Source: a virus (Duplodnaviria; Heunggongvirae; Uroviricota; Caudoviricetes). Taken from it: 64,000 nt of DNA. Both the position numbers and the translations under genes were made by a program. The stretch lies in IMG/VR virus record IMGVR_UViG_3300021431_000002; one strand, written 5' to 3'. The notes below the pieces were generated by a model. That model was not told the origin of the DNA, searched no databases, and worked only from the letters and a program-made list of their open reading frames with translations. Below, piece after piece: positions 9,086-20,600 of this stretch; the stretch's first letter is position 1; the number at the start of each line of letters is the position of its first letter.

Positions 9086-11107
9086 TTATTCATCAACATA
9101 TTTGTTAAGTGCTTTAATCATCTTATCAAATTCCTCATTAATCATAACACTTTCACTATCATATACATCTGCACGTTTATATGATGCCTCTTGTGGCTTT
9201 ACAGAATGTTCATCAAGCATATTCATGTATTTATCAAACATGCTTTCAACTATTAATGGTTTTTTGGTATTGAATGATTCCATTGGTGCATTTGGGTCAG
9301 AACCCATGTCGGCTGTTGGCATAGAGCCTTCTGCTCCAGCAATGTCTCCACCGCTTCCATCATCACCAGGTGCTCCGAGTCCGTCTAGGTCTCCTCCCAT
9401 GTCACCTTCTCCACCCATAGGTGCTGGAGGTGGTGCGCCACCGCCTCCCATGCCTCCATTATTACCCATGCCTCCTTGACCTTGTTGGTCATCCATATAT
9501 TCGGCACCAGGCTCACCGTATATTCTGTCAACAGTATCGAATATACCAGTTTTCTTGATGATTTGAGTTGTTTTCTCAAGTTCAGCAGCAATACCTTTTT
9601 CAAGACGTATTTCTTCAAGATTCTCTTTAATTTCTTTTTCAGACCATTTCATTATCTGTTTTAATGCACGAGTCTGAGACATAACTGGAAGACCATTACC
9701 TGGGTCACTAACAGCATCCCTAACAGCATCAATCTTCTTCTGCATATTTTCTATCTCCAAACCTTCTGCTTGAGTTGATGGATTGTTCATCGACAAAGTG
9801 AAATTATTTAACTCATCGTTAAAGCCAAGCAAAAATAAATGTATTGATGCAACTTTCGTTAATTCCATCAAAAATGCTTGCTGAATTCTATTTACTGTTC
9901 TAGTAAAACGAATATCCATTAACGCTAGGTTTTTACCATCACCAGCAGTCTCTTCAAAATTCAAGAATGACTTAGGTATTCTAAGTGCTGTCAGTACTTT
10001 GTTCTGTACAAACTTGATGTCATCCAATGCGGTCATGTTCTGTGCAGCAGACAATGTATCAATTGGTGTTGGCGCATTCTCATCACGAACAGGAATAAAA
10101 ATATCTTGGTCAACTGATAATATATTTTTACGAAGGTCAATTTGCCCAGTCATTGGGTCAACAATTGGTGTCCTTTTAAATTCATTTGCGATTCTCTCAA
10201 CATATGCTTGAACATCTGCATCATCAATTGCGCCAACGAATATTTTATACACACGTCTTTCAATTGAGCGTTCCAAACGATATATAAGCATCATGTCTTC
10301 CATAAGAGAAAGCATACGCCAATGCCTACGTGCTGCATTAAGATAACTAACTCCGTAAGGTAAATATAATGAATTGGTAAGTAATCTGAAATGCGCTATT
10401 TGCCAATCACGGAATGGTATTTGGGAGTTGTTATCATCTAGCCAAATAAATTGTGTTGACATATCAGCATTATCCTTGGTGATTCCATTTACCGCAATTG
10501 ACGCACCAGCACCATATGGATTTTGTATTCCGTTTTCAATTCTTTCCATATTGAAAACTGGCATTTGTTTCCACCCCTTTACGCCATTTTTGTTATCAAT
10601 ATCCAAAAGCATAAATTGGTTTCCATACTTACACATTGCACGAATTATCATTTGCCCAGTTAACTGTATATTCAATCTATTTACGAACAAATCTTCTAGT
10701 ATACTTTTAATACGGTCAGATTTTGAATATACATTTACAATCATCCCTTTATCATTCGTAATGGTACTTTCCTCTGATACAATATCCAATGCAGCACCAA
10801 TCTCTGGAAATGCATCCATCAAATCAGCGTCACGATACATAAGCTTAACATTGTTAAGTCCAGCATATGCCGTAACAGACAGATTTACATTGGCTTTAAT
10901 CCACCTATCCTTTAAATATTTATTTTGTTGAAGCTCTAGTTTTTTAGTGGTATAGTCTTCCTTGCTATCGGTTTTATATAATATTTTACCACCGTTGCTA
11001 GTCATGTCATATGTGTTGACATGTGGCATAGCATTATCTTGAGGATTCCAATTACCAGTAATCGCTTTATCTAGGGCTTGAAACACAGTTCCATTTTTCT
11101 TAGCCAT
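9086..11107 (-). CDS. gp20: Portal protein, T4 gp20-like
   Basis: YRDADLMDAFPEIGAALDIVSEE, YGVSYLNAARRHWRMLSLMEDMMLIYRLERSIERRVYKI, DIRFTRTVNRIQ; next to the terminase. Confidence 0.95.
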   Translation of the reverse strand: MAKKNGTVFQALDKAITGNWNPQDNAMPHVNTYDMTSNGGKILYKTDSKEDYTTKKLELQQNKYLKDRWIKANVNLSVTAYAGLNNVKLMYRDADLMDAFPEIGAALDIVSEESTITNDKGMIVNVYSKSDRIKSILEDLFVNRLNIQLTGQMIIRAMCKYGNQFMLLDIDNKNGVKGWKQMPVFNMERIENGIQNPYGAGASIAVNGITKDNADMSTQFIWLDDNNSQIPFRDWQIAHFRLLTNSLYLPYGVSYLNAARRHWRMLSLMEDMMLIYRLERSIERRVYKIFVGAIDDADVQAYVERIANEFKRTPIVDPMTGQIDLRKNILSVDQDIFIPVRDENAPTPIDTLSAAQNMTALDDIKFVQNKVLTALRIPKSFLNFEETAGDGKNLALMDIRFTRTVNRIQQAFLMELTKVASIHLFLLGFNDELNNFTLSMNNPSTQAEGLEIENMQKKIDAVRDAVSDPGNGLPVMSQTRALKQIMKWSEKEIKENLEEIRLEKGIAAELEKTTQIIKKTGIFDTVDRIYGEPGAEYMDDQQGQGGMGNNGGMGGGGAPPPAPMGGEGDMGGDLDGLGAPGDDGSGGDIAGAEGSMPTADMGSDPNAPMESFNTKKPLIVESMFDKYMNMLDEHSVKPQEASYKRADVYDSESVMINEEFDKMIKALNKYVDE

Positions 11108-11163
11108 GACAATTTTTTATATAAAAAATAATTATTCTTCTATAAATATAAATATAAATTAAG

Positions 11164-13041
11164 TTAACGTTGCATTCCGAATACCCACATGCAGCTTCCA
11201 TTAGGTATATGGTCAAATTTATTGATATTTTTACTGTTATAAAAGGGTAGACCATTTTGTGGCGTTATCGGGTTGCCATAGTTGATTTTAGGCTTATTCA
11301 TATTAATGGCATTGGACATCATATATGCATTTAATATTGATTTGTCTTTGTTAACGGTATTTTGTATTCTGTTAACAGTAAACTGCATAACAAATAATCC
11401 CATTGCTAGTGATGTCAAAGTATCATCGTGAGCACCGTCTTGGTGGTCAATTCTAGCGTTCTCTCCCTTGAATATCCAAGTTTCAAGTTCATTGATAACT
11501 CTAGCAGAACGTATCTTAAATTCATCATTACGAACCAAACCAGCAAAATTTGCTAATACTGGATAACGGTTTCCTTGGAAATGGAAACCAGGTAACTTAT
11601 CCGTGTATCCATCATAGTTTTTGGTTGACCTTTGTACAGTATAAGTCTTTTGATTAGAGTCCTCATAATACAAATTCTTATAACCCATCTGAAGCATTGT
11701 TAAAATGCAAGCGTCTCCTTGACCGCCAGTACAGTCAACAACAACAAACGCATCATTATACATCGTGGCATATTGATAGCACAATGCGCCAATATCATCA
11801 CCAAGTTTTTTGCCCACATATTCCGCAACTTGTTCAATTATTGGCATTCCATTTTCATCCCTACCGTCCATATCAATGATTTCAATGGCAGTTCTATCGG
11901 CTGAAACACCCCTAGACGGGTCGCAAGCCAAAATATAACGGTGTCCATCAATCGGTTTTTTCCAAAACCAAGTTTCCTCAACCAACGGGTCAACAAAATC
12001 AGATAAAGGTTCTCTAGTATTTAATTTCTCTTGCATTTCAATAAACTCTGGGGCAACAACGTTATCAGCAGAACCCATGAATGACACATCAAGCTCTTGC
12101 GCAATTTTCATTGAGTCATTGTTGAACTGTTTACACATTTCATCGTACCAAGGTGCGGATGGTTTCCAACCACTATGCTCTAGTCTAGCCCATCTTTCCT
12201 CGTTATATGCAATGCCACCTTCTCCATCAACAATCGGGTCTTGGTCATACATCCATTCGCCTGTATCTTCGTTTTTCTTTTTCCAAACAAGATATTTGTT
12301 AAAACGAGGGTCTTGATACCAACGGAACTGTACAGCGACAAAGTTATTTTCTTTACTAAGTGCTTGTCTGTAAGTATTATAATACAACTCGTCTCTACCA
12401 TTAGGCGTAGATACCATCACAGTTTTGGAGTTTGGGTTTGATGCCATTGTTGCAGCAGCAGTAGTAAATGCAGCAACACCTTCCTCAATAAATGCAGCCT
12501 CATCAAGAATCAATACAGATACAGCAGAAATACCACGAGAGGCATTAGGACCAGAAGCACGAGCAATAACTCTACAACCATTGAATAATTTTAACTCACC
12601 TTTTGCGTCTTTTAAGAATATGGATTTCGTGTTTTTCTCAGAATTTGGGTCTGGCGAAAAATAATCGTTTCCCCACATCCAACGAGGTACTTGCTCTAAG
12701 AAATCACGGATTTTAATAATAATTTCTTGTGCTTGCTCAAGTTTGTTTGCAATACACAAAACAGTTTCTGGTGCATCTTTTGAGGCAAAAACGCATTGTC
12801 CAGTAACCCATGCGCTAGATAAAGTTGTAATACCACACTGTCTAGGCTTAATTGCAACAACATTTCTGTTTTCTGAAAGGGCTTTCAGAAATGCCCTTTG
12901 TCTTGGGAAACAATGAAATTGTGTTTTTTTACCCTTAGTCGCATTAAACGTACTAAGGTATGTTTCGATGAATTTTATTCGAGATTTGTCCGCATAACAT
13001 AATGCGTAATCCCTTTGCATTTGAGCGAAATCGTATATCAT
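11164..13041 (-). CDS. terL: Terminase large subunit, T4 gp17-like
   Basis: Walker A KPRQCGITT, Walker B LILDEAAFI, motif III VSTPNG, nuclease DPSRG...D and HDD. Confidence 0.95.
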   Translation of the reverse strand: MIYDFAQMQRDYALCYADKSRIKFIETYLSTFNATKGKKTQFHCFPRQRAFLKALSENRNVVAIKPRQCGITTLSSAWVTGQCVFASKDAPETVLCIANKLEQAQEIIIKIRDFLEQVPRWMWGNDYFSPDPNSEKNTKSIFLKDAKGELKLFNGCRVIARASGPNASRGISAVSVLILDEAAFIEEGVAAFTTAAATMASNPNSKTVMVSTPNGRDELYYNTYRQALSKENNFVAVQFRWYQDPRFNKYLVWKKKNEDTGEWMYDQDPIVDGEGGIAYNEERWARLEHSGWKPSAPWYDEMCKQFNNDSMKIAQELDVSFMGSADNVVAPEFIEMQEKLNTREPLSDFVDPLVEETWFWKKPIDGHRYILACDPSRGVSADRTAIEIIDMDGRDENGMPIIEQVAEYVGKKLGDDIGALCYQYATMYNDAFVVVDCTGGQGDACILTMLQMGYKNLYYEDSNQKTYTVQRSTKNYDGYTDKLPGFHFQGNRYPVLANFAGLVRNDEFKIRSARVINELETWIFKGENARIDHQDGAHDDTLTSLAMGLFVMQFTVNRIQNTVNKDKSILNAYMMSNAINMNKPKINYGNPITPQNGLPFYNSKNINKFDHIPNGSCMWVFGMQR

Positions 13042-13138
13042 AATTGTAACTGTCTAAATTTTAATAAATATTACGTAACTTTCAAAAGTTATTTTTTTGA
13101 TAAATATTTACAAAATAAAAAAAGAGTAACTACTACAG

Positions 13139-14827
13139 TTACTCTTCATTATCAATGTATTTTGGTAATTCTGATTTCAATATTGCATAATAATCACATA
13201 TCGTTTCATTTTCGAAATTGTTGTATGTGTCTTGAAATACAGCGATGTCGTTAAACGAATTAAGTTTTCCAAATATACCCCTAATACCGTCATCATTATG
13301 TCTTGTTGAGTGCCTACTGCATATTGCGCCAAACTCACGAACAGCCTTTGCATATATTTTAGTTCCTAATCCGTAGCCTCTAAGTTGTGGGTCTAAAATA
13401 ATATCAATATTCAATAACTGCTGTTTGCCAGTAGGAAAACGTTTATAAACAACTCTAAAATCTAGGTTAACCAATTCACTAGGTATTTCGATGCCATCAA
13501 CTGAAAGATAAACTTTTTCCCCATACTCATCTGATTCACCTTCAATAAAATCAATGTTATCAACAGTTGCATTGGCTATAATAGCCATGATTTCAGAATT
13601 TTGTTCTTCTCCATTTTCTTCAATTACATCACCTTCCTCTACGTCAGAATCCAATTCATACCCGTTGGTTTCAGCTCCAGTGAAATACGAATCTTTAATT
13701 AATGATTTGTCTACATTTTTGGCGTTTATTCTGTTGGTAAACTGTTGGTATCCATTGTCATATTCAGCGTCTTTCATTAAATTGTTGACAATTTCATTAC
13801 CCTTTTCAGTATTAGACAATATTTCTTTAACTGACAAGTTGAACTCGTTTGTTGGAATTTTAACGAAAGATGTAAACATATAAGGAATCATATTCGTGTC
13901 CTCTACGCCACCGAAAATCATTTCCCATAAGCCAACACCAAGCCTTAAATCCCAAGGCTCTGCAAGAACGAAATCAGCCTTTTTAACGATATACTGTGCT
14001 TTATCCCTATCTTGTGGTAAGCCATGCGCTGAAAATAGTTCAAATAAACCCTTAATGGACTCTTGGAACAGCAACGGGAAAACAAGACCTTGTACTTTTA
14101 TTGTTGTTTTTGCATCTGCAATTCCTAGGTGTGTCTCAACATACGAACCTTGCATTGGTTTATCATCAGACATTTCTTCTTTCTTAGTAAAAAGCAAGTA
14201 ATCGTTAATTATTCTAATCTTTCTATATAATCTAGGGAGTTTCGGATTTATTTTATCTATATCATCAATATATAATCCTTCTATTCCGCTATATAAGTAT
14301 GCAGCACCTTGTATAAGGGCATTGATGAATCTTCTTTTTCCAACAGCCTTATTAGACAAATCAATATCAGCAATATCTTTGAATGTATATTTCGCATCAT
14401 CATTAGACTCTGGTCTCATTCTAATAGCACTTTTAAATTTGATTTTATCTACCAATTTAAAAGACATATTAATTGATTCTTCTGGAATTGCAAACAATCT
14501 GTTTAACGCATTCTCACATATTTTCTCTAATGCGTCTCTCACTGGTTCTTCTAATCTTTTACATTCTGTTACCAACGAACTTAGTTCGCTAACTAAATCG
14601 TCTTCGTTTAATGACACTAAACCAATATCATCTATCGCATCACAAACTTCGTTATATCTTTTTTTCAGCAAGACATAATCAAAAGGATAATCGTCACTAG
14701 AGGGAAACGCTTCATTATCTCCTAGTGATGTCGTATGTGTTTTAACCAATTTAAATAAAAACTGTGGCAAAAGTCTTCCATTAACCACATTCGATATTGT
14801 ATTCTCGCTGATGTATATTTTTTTCAT
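13139..14827 (-). CDS. Head-region protein with C-terminal GNAT acetyltransferase domain
   Basis: C-terminal IDIILDPQLRGYGLGTKIY (acetyl-CoA binding motif A) after an acidic linker. Confidence 0.6.
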   Translation of the reverse strand: MKKIYISENTISNVVNGRLLPQFLFKLVKTHTTSLGDNEAFPSSDDYPFDYVLLKKRYNEVCDAIDDIGLVSLNEDDLVSELSSLVTECKRLEEPVRDALEKICENALNRLFAIPEESINMSFKLVDKIKFKSAIRMRPESNDDAKYTFKDIADIDLSNKAVGKRRFINALIQGAAYLYSGIEGLYIDDIDKINPKLPRLYRKIRIINDYLLFTKKEEMSDDKPMQGSYVETHLGIADAKTTIKVQGLVFPLLFQESIKGLFELFSAHGLPQDRDKAQYIVKKADFVLAEPWDLRLGVGLWEMIFGGVEDTNMIPYMFTSFVKIPTNEFNLSVKEILSNTEKGNEIVNNLMKDAEYDNGYQQFTNRINAKNVDKSLIKDSYFTGAETNGYELDSDVEEGDVIEENGEEQNSEIMAIIANATVDNIDFIEGESDEYGEKVYLSVDGIEIPSELVNLDFRVVYKRFPTGKQQLLNIDIILDPQLRGYGLGTKIYAKAVREFGAICSRHSTRHNDDGIRGIFGKLNSFNDIAVFQDTYNNFENETICDYYAILKSELPKYIDNEE

Positions 14828-14828
14828 C

Positions 14829-15281
14829 TTATATCTCTCTTAAAAATTTGTGCAACTCTTTTTTAGTGAATGGGATTGAATTTTTTCTCATTTCTACAAT
14901 TCTTGACTCATTTGTATTCATTGATGAAGAAGATGTTTGAGGCTTCGTAAATGTAATCTGAGCGTCATCAGCACTTTGGTCTTTTGTCATTCGCTGGGCT
15001 TGCGCAAGTTGTTTCCCAGTGGCGTTAACTGGCACCTCTAGTTTTAGCCCTTCACCGCTGTTTGCGTCATTTTGTCCATCTGCCTTACCAGCTTCCACAG
15101 AAGCACTATCAACTCCAGCGTTTTGGTTCATTAACTGTTTTGCTTTCATTTGGGCTTGCTGAATTCCGTTTGCCATACCAATATTGGCATCCAATTCATT
15201 AAGTCTTAGTTGGCTTTTTGAATAGATTCTTCCTTCACCTAAATTTATTAAGTTATTGTTTCTTTTTACTAGTATTTTCAT
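14829..15281 (-). CDS. Putative internal head protein
   Basis: Q/A/N-rich; LNE and TNES sites; TATTTATA upstream. Confidence 0.55.
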   Translation of the reverse strand: MKILVKRNNNLINLGEGRIYSKSQLRLNELDANIGMANGIQQAQMKAKQLMNQNAGVDSASVEAGKADGQNDANSGEGLKLEVPVNATGKQLAQAQRMTKDQSADDAQITFTKPQTSSSSMNTNESRIVEMRKNSIPFTKKELHKFLREI

Positions 15282-15314
15282 AATAACAATTTTTATATAA
15301 ATATCTATTTATAA

Positions 15315-15350
15315 CAAAAAAAAGGATACCTCATTGGTATCCTTTTTATT
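15315..15350. terminator. Intrinsic terminator
   Basis: AAAAAGGATACC-TCATT-GGTATCCTTTTT. Confidence 0.7.
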
Positions 15351-15353
15351 TAT

Positions 15354-15866
15354 TTAGAATGGAGATTTAAACGGCATTTCAACATTTCTATATTGTTTTG
15401 GCAATTTCTTCTCTGGTCTTTTAGTTCCTTCTCTATTGTCCAAAACATCATTTATGACTTCATCTATAAGATTCATTACATTTCGTCTAGATTCCATTGG
15501 CATTTCTCCACCCATATCTGGTGTTTCCTCCCCATTGGAATCATCAGCCATACTTTTAGCGTATTTTGTTACTGCTGCCTTGTCTTCGATTGATAAACCA
15601 TTGATAATATTCATTAGTTCATCATCACCACCCATAGCATTAGGGTCTTGTCCACCCATGCCGTTTGGGTCTTCTCCCATAGGGTCAGCACCGCCCATAG
15701 CATTAGGGTCATCCATTCCCATATCATCAGGACCCATTGGTGGCATTGGAGCATTATCTAAATCACCCATGCCATCCATATCGCCACCCATAGGGTCACT
15801 GTTTGGTATTTCTAACTTAGTAGGTCTTTCTTCAAAAACCCCTTCGTTTACCTTTTGTTTTTTTTT
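15354..15866 (-). CDS. G/M/D/P-rich C-terminal extension, probably reached by -1 frameshift from the upstream ORF
   Basis: The frame is open from the A9 run at 15858-15866 (KKQKVNEGVFEERPTKLEIPNSDPMGG...) with no ATG until 15791. Confidence 0.6.
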   Translation of the reverse strand, partial: KKKQKVNEGVFEERPTKLEIPNSDPMGGDMDGMGDLDNAPMPPMGPDDMGMDDPNAMGGADPMGEDPNGMGGQDPNAMGGDDELMNIINGLSIEDKAAVTKYAKSMADDSNGEETPDMGGEMPMESRRNVMNLIDEVINDVLDNREGTKRPEKKLPKQYRNVEMPFKSPF

Positions 15867-17572
15867 AGACGATTGAATGCTTCAGCAATTGCGTTATCAA
15901 TTGATTGTGGGTCAATCTCGAATGGAGCACCGTCACCAATCTTTTCACCATAAGGATTATCATTTCTTACTGAATCATCATTCATGTCATAGTATCCAGG
16001 GAATTCTTGCAAATCCTTTGGAGGCAATTCCATCACTTTCTTCTGATATGCTGGGTGTTTACCGAAGTCATCCAACTTGTTCATATTACCACTAGGAACA
16101 CGTCCAGCATCCTTAAAAGGTGTCATTCCATCCTCGTTGATTCTTCTTCTACGTGCTTCATTCATTCTCTCTCTACGCATTGCATTTCTAAATGCCCTAG
16201 TCTCATAAATCTGTACGCCACCTCTGCGTCTTCTGCTTTCCATTGGCATTTCATCGTCCTCTGCACCAAAATCATCTTTGCCTCCGAAGTCATCTTCTGC
16301 CCCAAAATCGTCGCCACCTTCGTCATCGAAAAGTTCATCATCGCCATATGCATCATCATCGACTGGTCCAGCATCAACTCCGAGTTTAGCAGCAATCTGG
16401 TTCAAAAGCTCTTCCATTGCGTCAAGACGAGACTCTGTATCGTCCTCATATACGTCATCTTCATCACCAAGGTCATCATCGCCAAGTTCTTCGCCATCTT
16501 CGCCATTTTCAGCACCCAAGTCATCACCTATTGGGTCTCCACCAAAGTCATCATCGCCAAGTTCTTCACCACTTTCAGCACCTAAGTCATCACCCATTGG
16601 GTCTTCTTCGCCTTCAGCACCGAAATCATCAATAGCCTCGTCAATTTGTTTACCTTTTTCATCATCAAATGGTTTATTATTGTCATCAGATGGTCCTTCG
16701 CCAACACCAACACTTGGACTGTTCTGGTTATCAGCATCATGCATTGAAGTTCCGTGATTCTCAACTACGCCATTTTTCATTTCGCCAGTTTTAGATACTT
16801 TCTTATCTCCATCATCAATGTTTCTTGCGGTTGCATCATCGAATGGAGCACTATCGCCAATCTCAGTTCCATGAGATTTGTCCATATAGTCATCGTTTCC
16901 ACGATTCCAGCCAAGTACCTCTTCCTCATTTACAGATTCGCACTGACATGGGTTTTTACCACATTTAGGACAAGTCTTACCTTCAGTCATTTCTTTTGGA
17001 AGTTCAGCCTTTTCGTGGTCTACTGCATTTTCAGCATTACCAGTTTGAGGTTTCTCACTCTTTCCGATATTATCTTTTGGAGTGCTAGGAACATCACAGC
17101 AAACAGCTTTCTTTTCATTGATAGCCATTGCATTCTTCATAATCTGGCGTTCACGTAAAATTTCTTTCTGCATTTTCTCAGAAGATTCAGCAACTACATT
17201 TTCTTTGCCCTCTAGATTCCAAGAACTAACCTTGAAATCATTTTTATTAGCAGCCTCCTTTAAAGACATCATCTTTAAATCAAACTGTTTCTGAGCGTTT
17301 GCGAAAGAATTATATTCATTTTCCTTTCTGTTTCTAAATCCACCGATGTAAGAAAAATCTTCTTTAATGAGATTTGATTTGTTAGGAGCAGATTTAATAT
17401 AGTATTTAGTACCCTCACGCACAATTCCATATACTTTTCCATCAGCACCAACTTTCTGGTACTCAACAGTGCTATATGCTTGCTTGTTTTCAGTCTTTAA
17501 GCCATAATTCATCAATGACTTCATCCTGTTCATGGTATTTAACTGCTCACTTGTGTAATTTTTACTATCCAT
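15848..17572 (-). CDS. Second acidic scaffold/core-like head protein
   Basis: GDD/GAE low-complexity tract; shares KPF..EKGKQI.E and DDFGAEDD with the 886-2433 protein. Confidence 0.65.
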   Translation of the reverse strand: MDSKNYTSEQLNTMNRMKSLMNYGLKTENKQAYSTVEYQKVGADGKVYGIVREGTKYYIKSAPNKSNLIKEDFSYIGGFRNRKENEYNSFANAQKQFDLKMMSLKEAANKNDFKVSSWNLEGKENVVAESSEKMQKEILRERQIMKNAMAINEKKAVCCDVPSTPKDNIGKSEKPQTGNAENAVDHEKAELPKEMTEGKTCPKCGKNPCQCESVNEEEVLGWNRGNDDYMDKSHGTEIGDSAPFDDATARNIDDGDKKVSKTGEMKNGVVENHGTSMHDADNQNSPSVGVGEGPSDDNNKPFDDEKGKQIDEAIDDFGAEGEEDPMGDDLGAESGEELGDDDFGGDPIGDDLGAENGEDGEELGDDDLGDEDDVYEDDTESRLDAMEELLNQIAAKLGVDAGPVDDDAYGDDELFDDEGGDDFGAEDDFGGKDDFGAEDDEMPMESRRRRGGVQIYETRAFRNAMRRERMNEARRRRINEDGMTPFKDAGRVPSGNMNKLDDFGKHPAYQKKVMELPPKDLQEFPGYYDMNDDSVRNDNPYGEKIGDGAPFEIDPQSIDNAIAEAFNRLKKNKR

Positions 17573-17652
17573 AATTAATATATTAATTTTTCAGTCTTAT
17601 TTTAAATATAAATATTTTAAAGTATTAAAAAATATCACTTTATGCATTATTA

Positions 17653-20600
17653 TTACTGCTGATAAGATAAATCATCATAACTACCCATAACATTATCATG
17701 ACCTCTAGCGTCGAAATTGACTTGTTTAATGTTTGGTGTAAATTTATCCAATGCCCTTATGTATAGAACACTTTTTGGCTTCATGTTAATGTTATCCCAT
17801 TGTATGCAAATACAATAATTATATCCGATTAATTGTGACAATATTTTATCATAATAACATTTATACAATTTTCCGTTTTCTCTTGACTGCATTAATTTAC
17901 CATAATTAGAAAGGAAATCTTTTAATGCTTTTCTTTCCGCATCCCAACGCTTTTTATACGGATTATGCTCACTGTTGCCATCACCAACCCATTCTTCGTT
18001 TATAAAATTCTCTTTAAGTAATGTAAGATATTTTTTTATAGATTCATTTCTATAGATTGGGTATGGTATTGCTTTGCTTTTTCCTAATTCTTTATTATAA
18101 ACCCATTGTTTTGGTATGTATCCATTTTTACCAGTCATTATCTGTTTCCTATATTGCGGTAGATTTTCTGTTGCCCAAAGAGCAATCTCGCTAGGTCTAC
18201 CACATCTTACAAGAACTTGACCATTTTGTCCATAAACAACCCAATCGCCATTATCTTGATGAATTGGAATAAAGCTTTTTACATTAGGTCCCCAGAATAT
18301 TACTTGATTCTGATTGTCACCATAATGGTATATTTCTACACCGCTTGTCCTAAAAATAACTGCTTCATCACCATATCCGTTATAATCTACATTTCTATCA
18401 TCAATTAAAAATGCAAAATCATAGCCAGCACTTGATTTTTGTACTCCAGCATTTGTATAAGCAAGATGTTCAATTTCTGGTGTTCCTCCAGTAAATCCTT
18501 CTTTTGCAATTGATTCTGAATCAGAACCAAAATGGATACACCATTCATTTTTTACTATTCTATTAAAATTCATAGTACACCACGAAGGTAATTCATAATA
18601 ATTCACAATATCTTGCATTATGCTTATAAAATGGTCACATAGTTTGTTTTCTTCAAGCATATTTAAAAACATTTCAACCAATGATTCATCTTCATAATAA
18701 AACTCACCATCATTTAACAAATTTTCAAATTCCGAATACCTAAAATAAATTTTTTTAATATATTCGTCTATATAACAAGAACAAGAATATGCTAAATCTC
18801 TTGCTTTTTCGCAAGAAGATGCCGTAGATGCCCATTTGAAATATTTGTACAATGGCAAATTGTAATCTTTCTCTAAATATTCTTTTATAATTTCTTTATC
18901 ATTGAATTTAGACTCTTCTATCGCATATATTGAATCATCTGTAACTTTTTTTATTTTGAAAACTGCTCCTCCGTAATAAAACCCTTTACCAACTTTTGGT
19001 TTACGTTTCCAATTCATATCAGAAAATGTATCATCTTTTTTACCGTCAATATATACAGTATATTTTTTCTTTTTGCTTTTGGATTCCGTGATTGAATTTG
19101 ACTTATCATATACCTTTGATTCTGTAACGTTTCCTACTAGGTTAATTGTTTCACCATCAAAATATCTTATAATGTCATTCACTACCCTTCTTGAATTGGC
19201 TTCATCCCATTCAGCATATTCATATGAATTATCGCCATCACCAATTTCTACAGTTACATTACCCTTGCTATATTGTATTAACCTTAACATTGGGTTAACT
19301 TGCTCCCTAGTAGGCTTCTTAAATAGATTTATAGAACTCCAAGTGTTTGAACAATGGATTCTTATTGCGCCCATTCTAATGAAGTCTGCCATATTGATGT
19401 TTAAACCGCTTTTAGTGGTCATATCGGCATCCCAATTAAGGTCTCCAATGTCTCTGTGGTCAACACCCCTTCTACCTCTAAGGTGAGAGGTATCAGTATT
19501 TCCAGTTACCATGTGTCTTCCACTAAAATCAAGCATGCTACCATCTGGAAGTATATAACCACATTCTCTTATATCATTGGTGACACCGAATCTCTCTTTA
19601 GCCAACGCAAACACATCAACATTGTTATTACTCTCTACTGATTCAACTATTGAGTTATTTCTGTCATATACGACTGAGAATAATCTGAATAACTTATCAA
19701 GATATTGTGTCCTACGTAGAATCTTATAGACGATATTTCCAGCTCCACTCTCACCATTGCTCTCAAGACTTGCCTTGCGCATCGCCTTAACCTTCTTCCA
19801 AAGGTACTGAGCATCATCACCGATTGTCTCAATCTTATGTGAATCGTCTGTAGCATTAAGAGCATTATACATATCGTCAATAATGGTCATAATTTTGGCT
19901 GCTTTGTCTTTTATGGAAAATTTATTAAGACCAATTGATTTAATGTCATCTGGATTTGGTTCTTTTATCCAATCATTTTCCTCAAGGTCGTAAATACCAT
20001 TTGATTCTGGCATTTCTCCTAAATTCTGAACATATAATTCCACTTGGTATCCCATTATTTGCAAGCCACTGTGCTCACTATTCCATTCATTTTTCTTTGC
20101 ATCTAAATAATCACGGACAAACTCTGTCTTCTCATCAATCTCATCAAAATCTACGATAAGATGTAGGTCAATGTCAGAATACTGAGACCAATTGAAATTA
20201 CAGATTGAACCAGTTAATATTATGCCGCTAGGCTCAACCCAAGTCAAGTTTACATATTTCCAAAAATCGTCTGCAATGTCTAATAGCTTAAGCCTAATTC
20301 TTGAATCTAGTTTACCATCTGGTTTCCATATATTTGGAACTAATTCATGTTTTTTCTTGAATGAAGACAAATCTATTTCAGAACTATCTACCTCAAAATC
20401 AAAATTTTCAACTATATGTTTCTCATTATTATTTGCTTCATACTGCACGTTTCCCATTGGTTTTATTCCATCCTCATAATATCTCATTATATCCGCAACA
20501 ACAGCTTGGGGTTTAGCATCGGAATATGAAACTGAATGCAAGGTATTTCCTTTGTCATCGGTAAAATCTATGTCAACGTCAACAGCCTTTCTGACAAAAT

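Noticed and set aside
11164-13041. Intein or intron in the terminase
   Set aside because: Normal length, contiguous motifs, no C...HN-(S/T/C) signature.
16250-16640. Tandem DNA repeat (catcatc/ccaa)
   Set aside because: Explained by GDD/GAE low-complexity protein coding.
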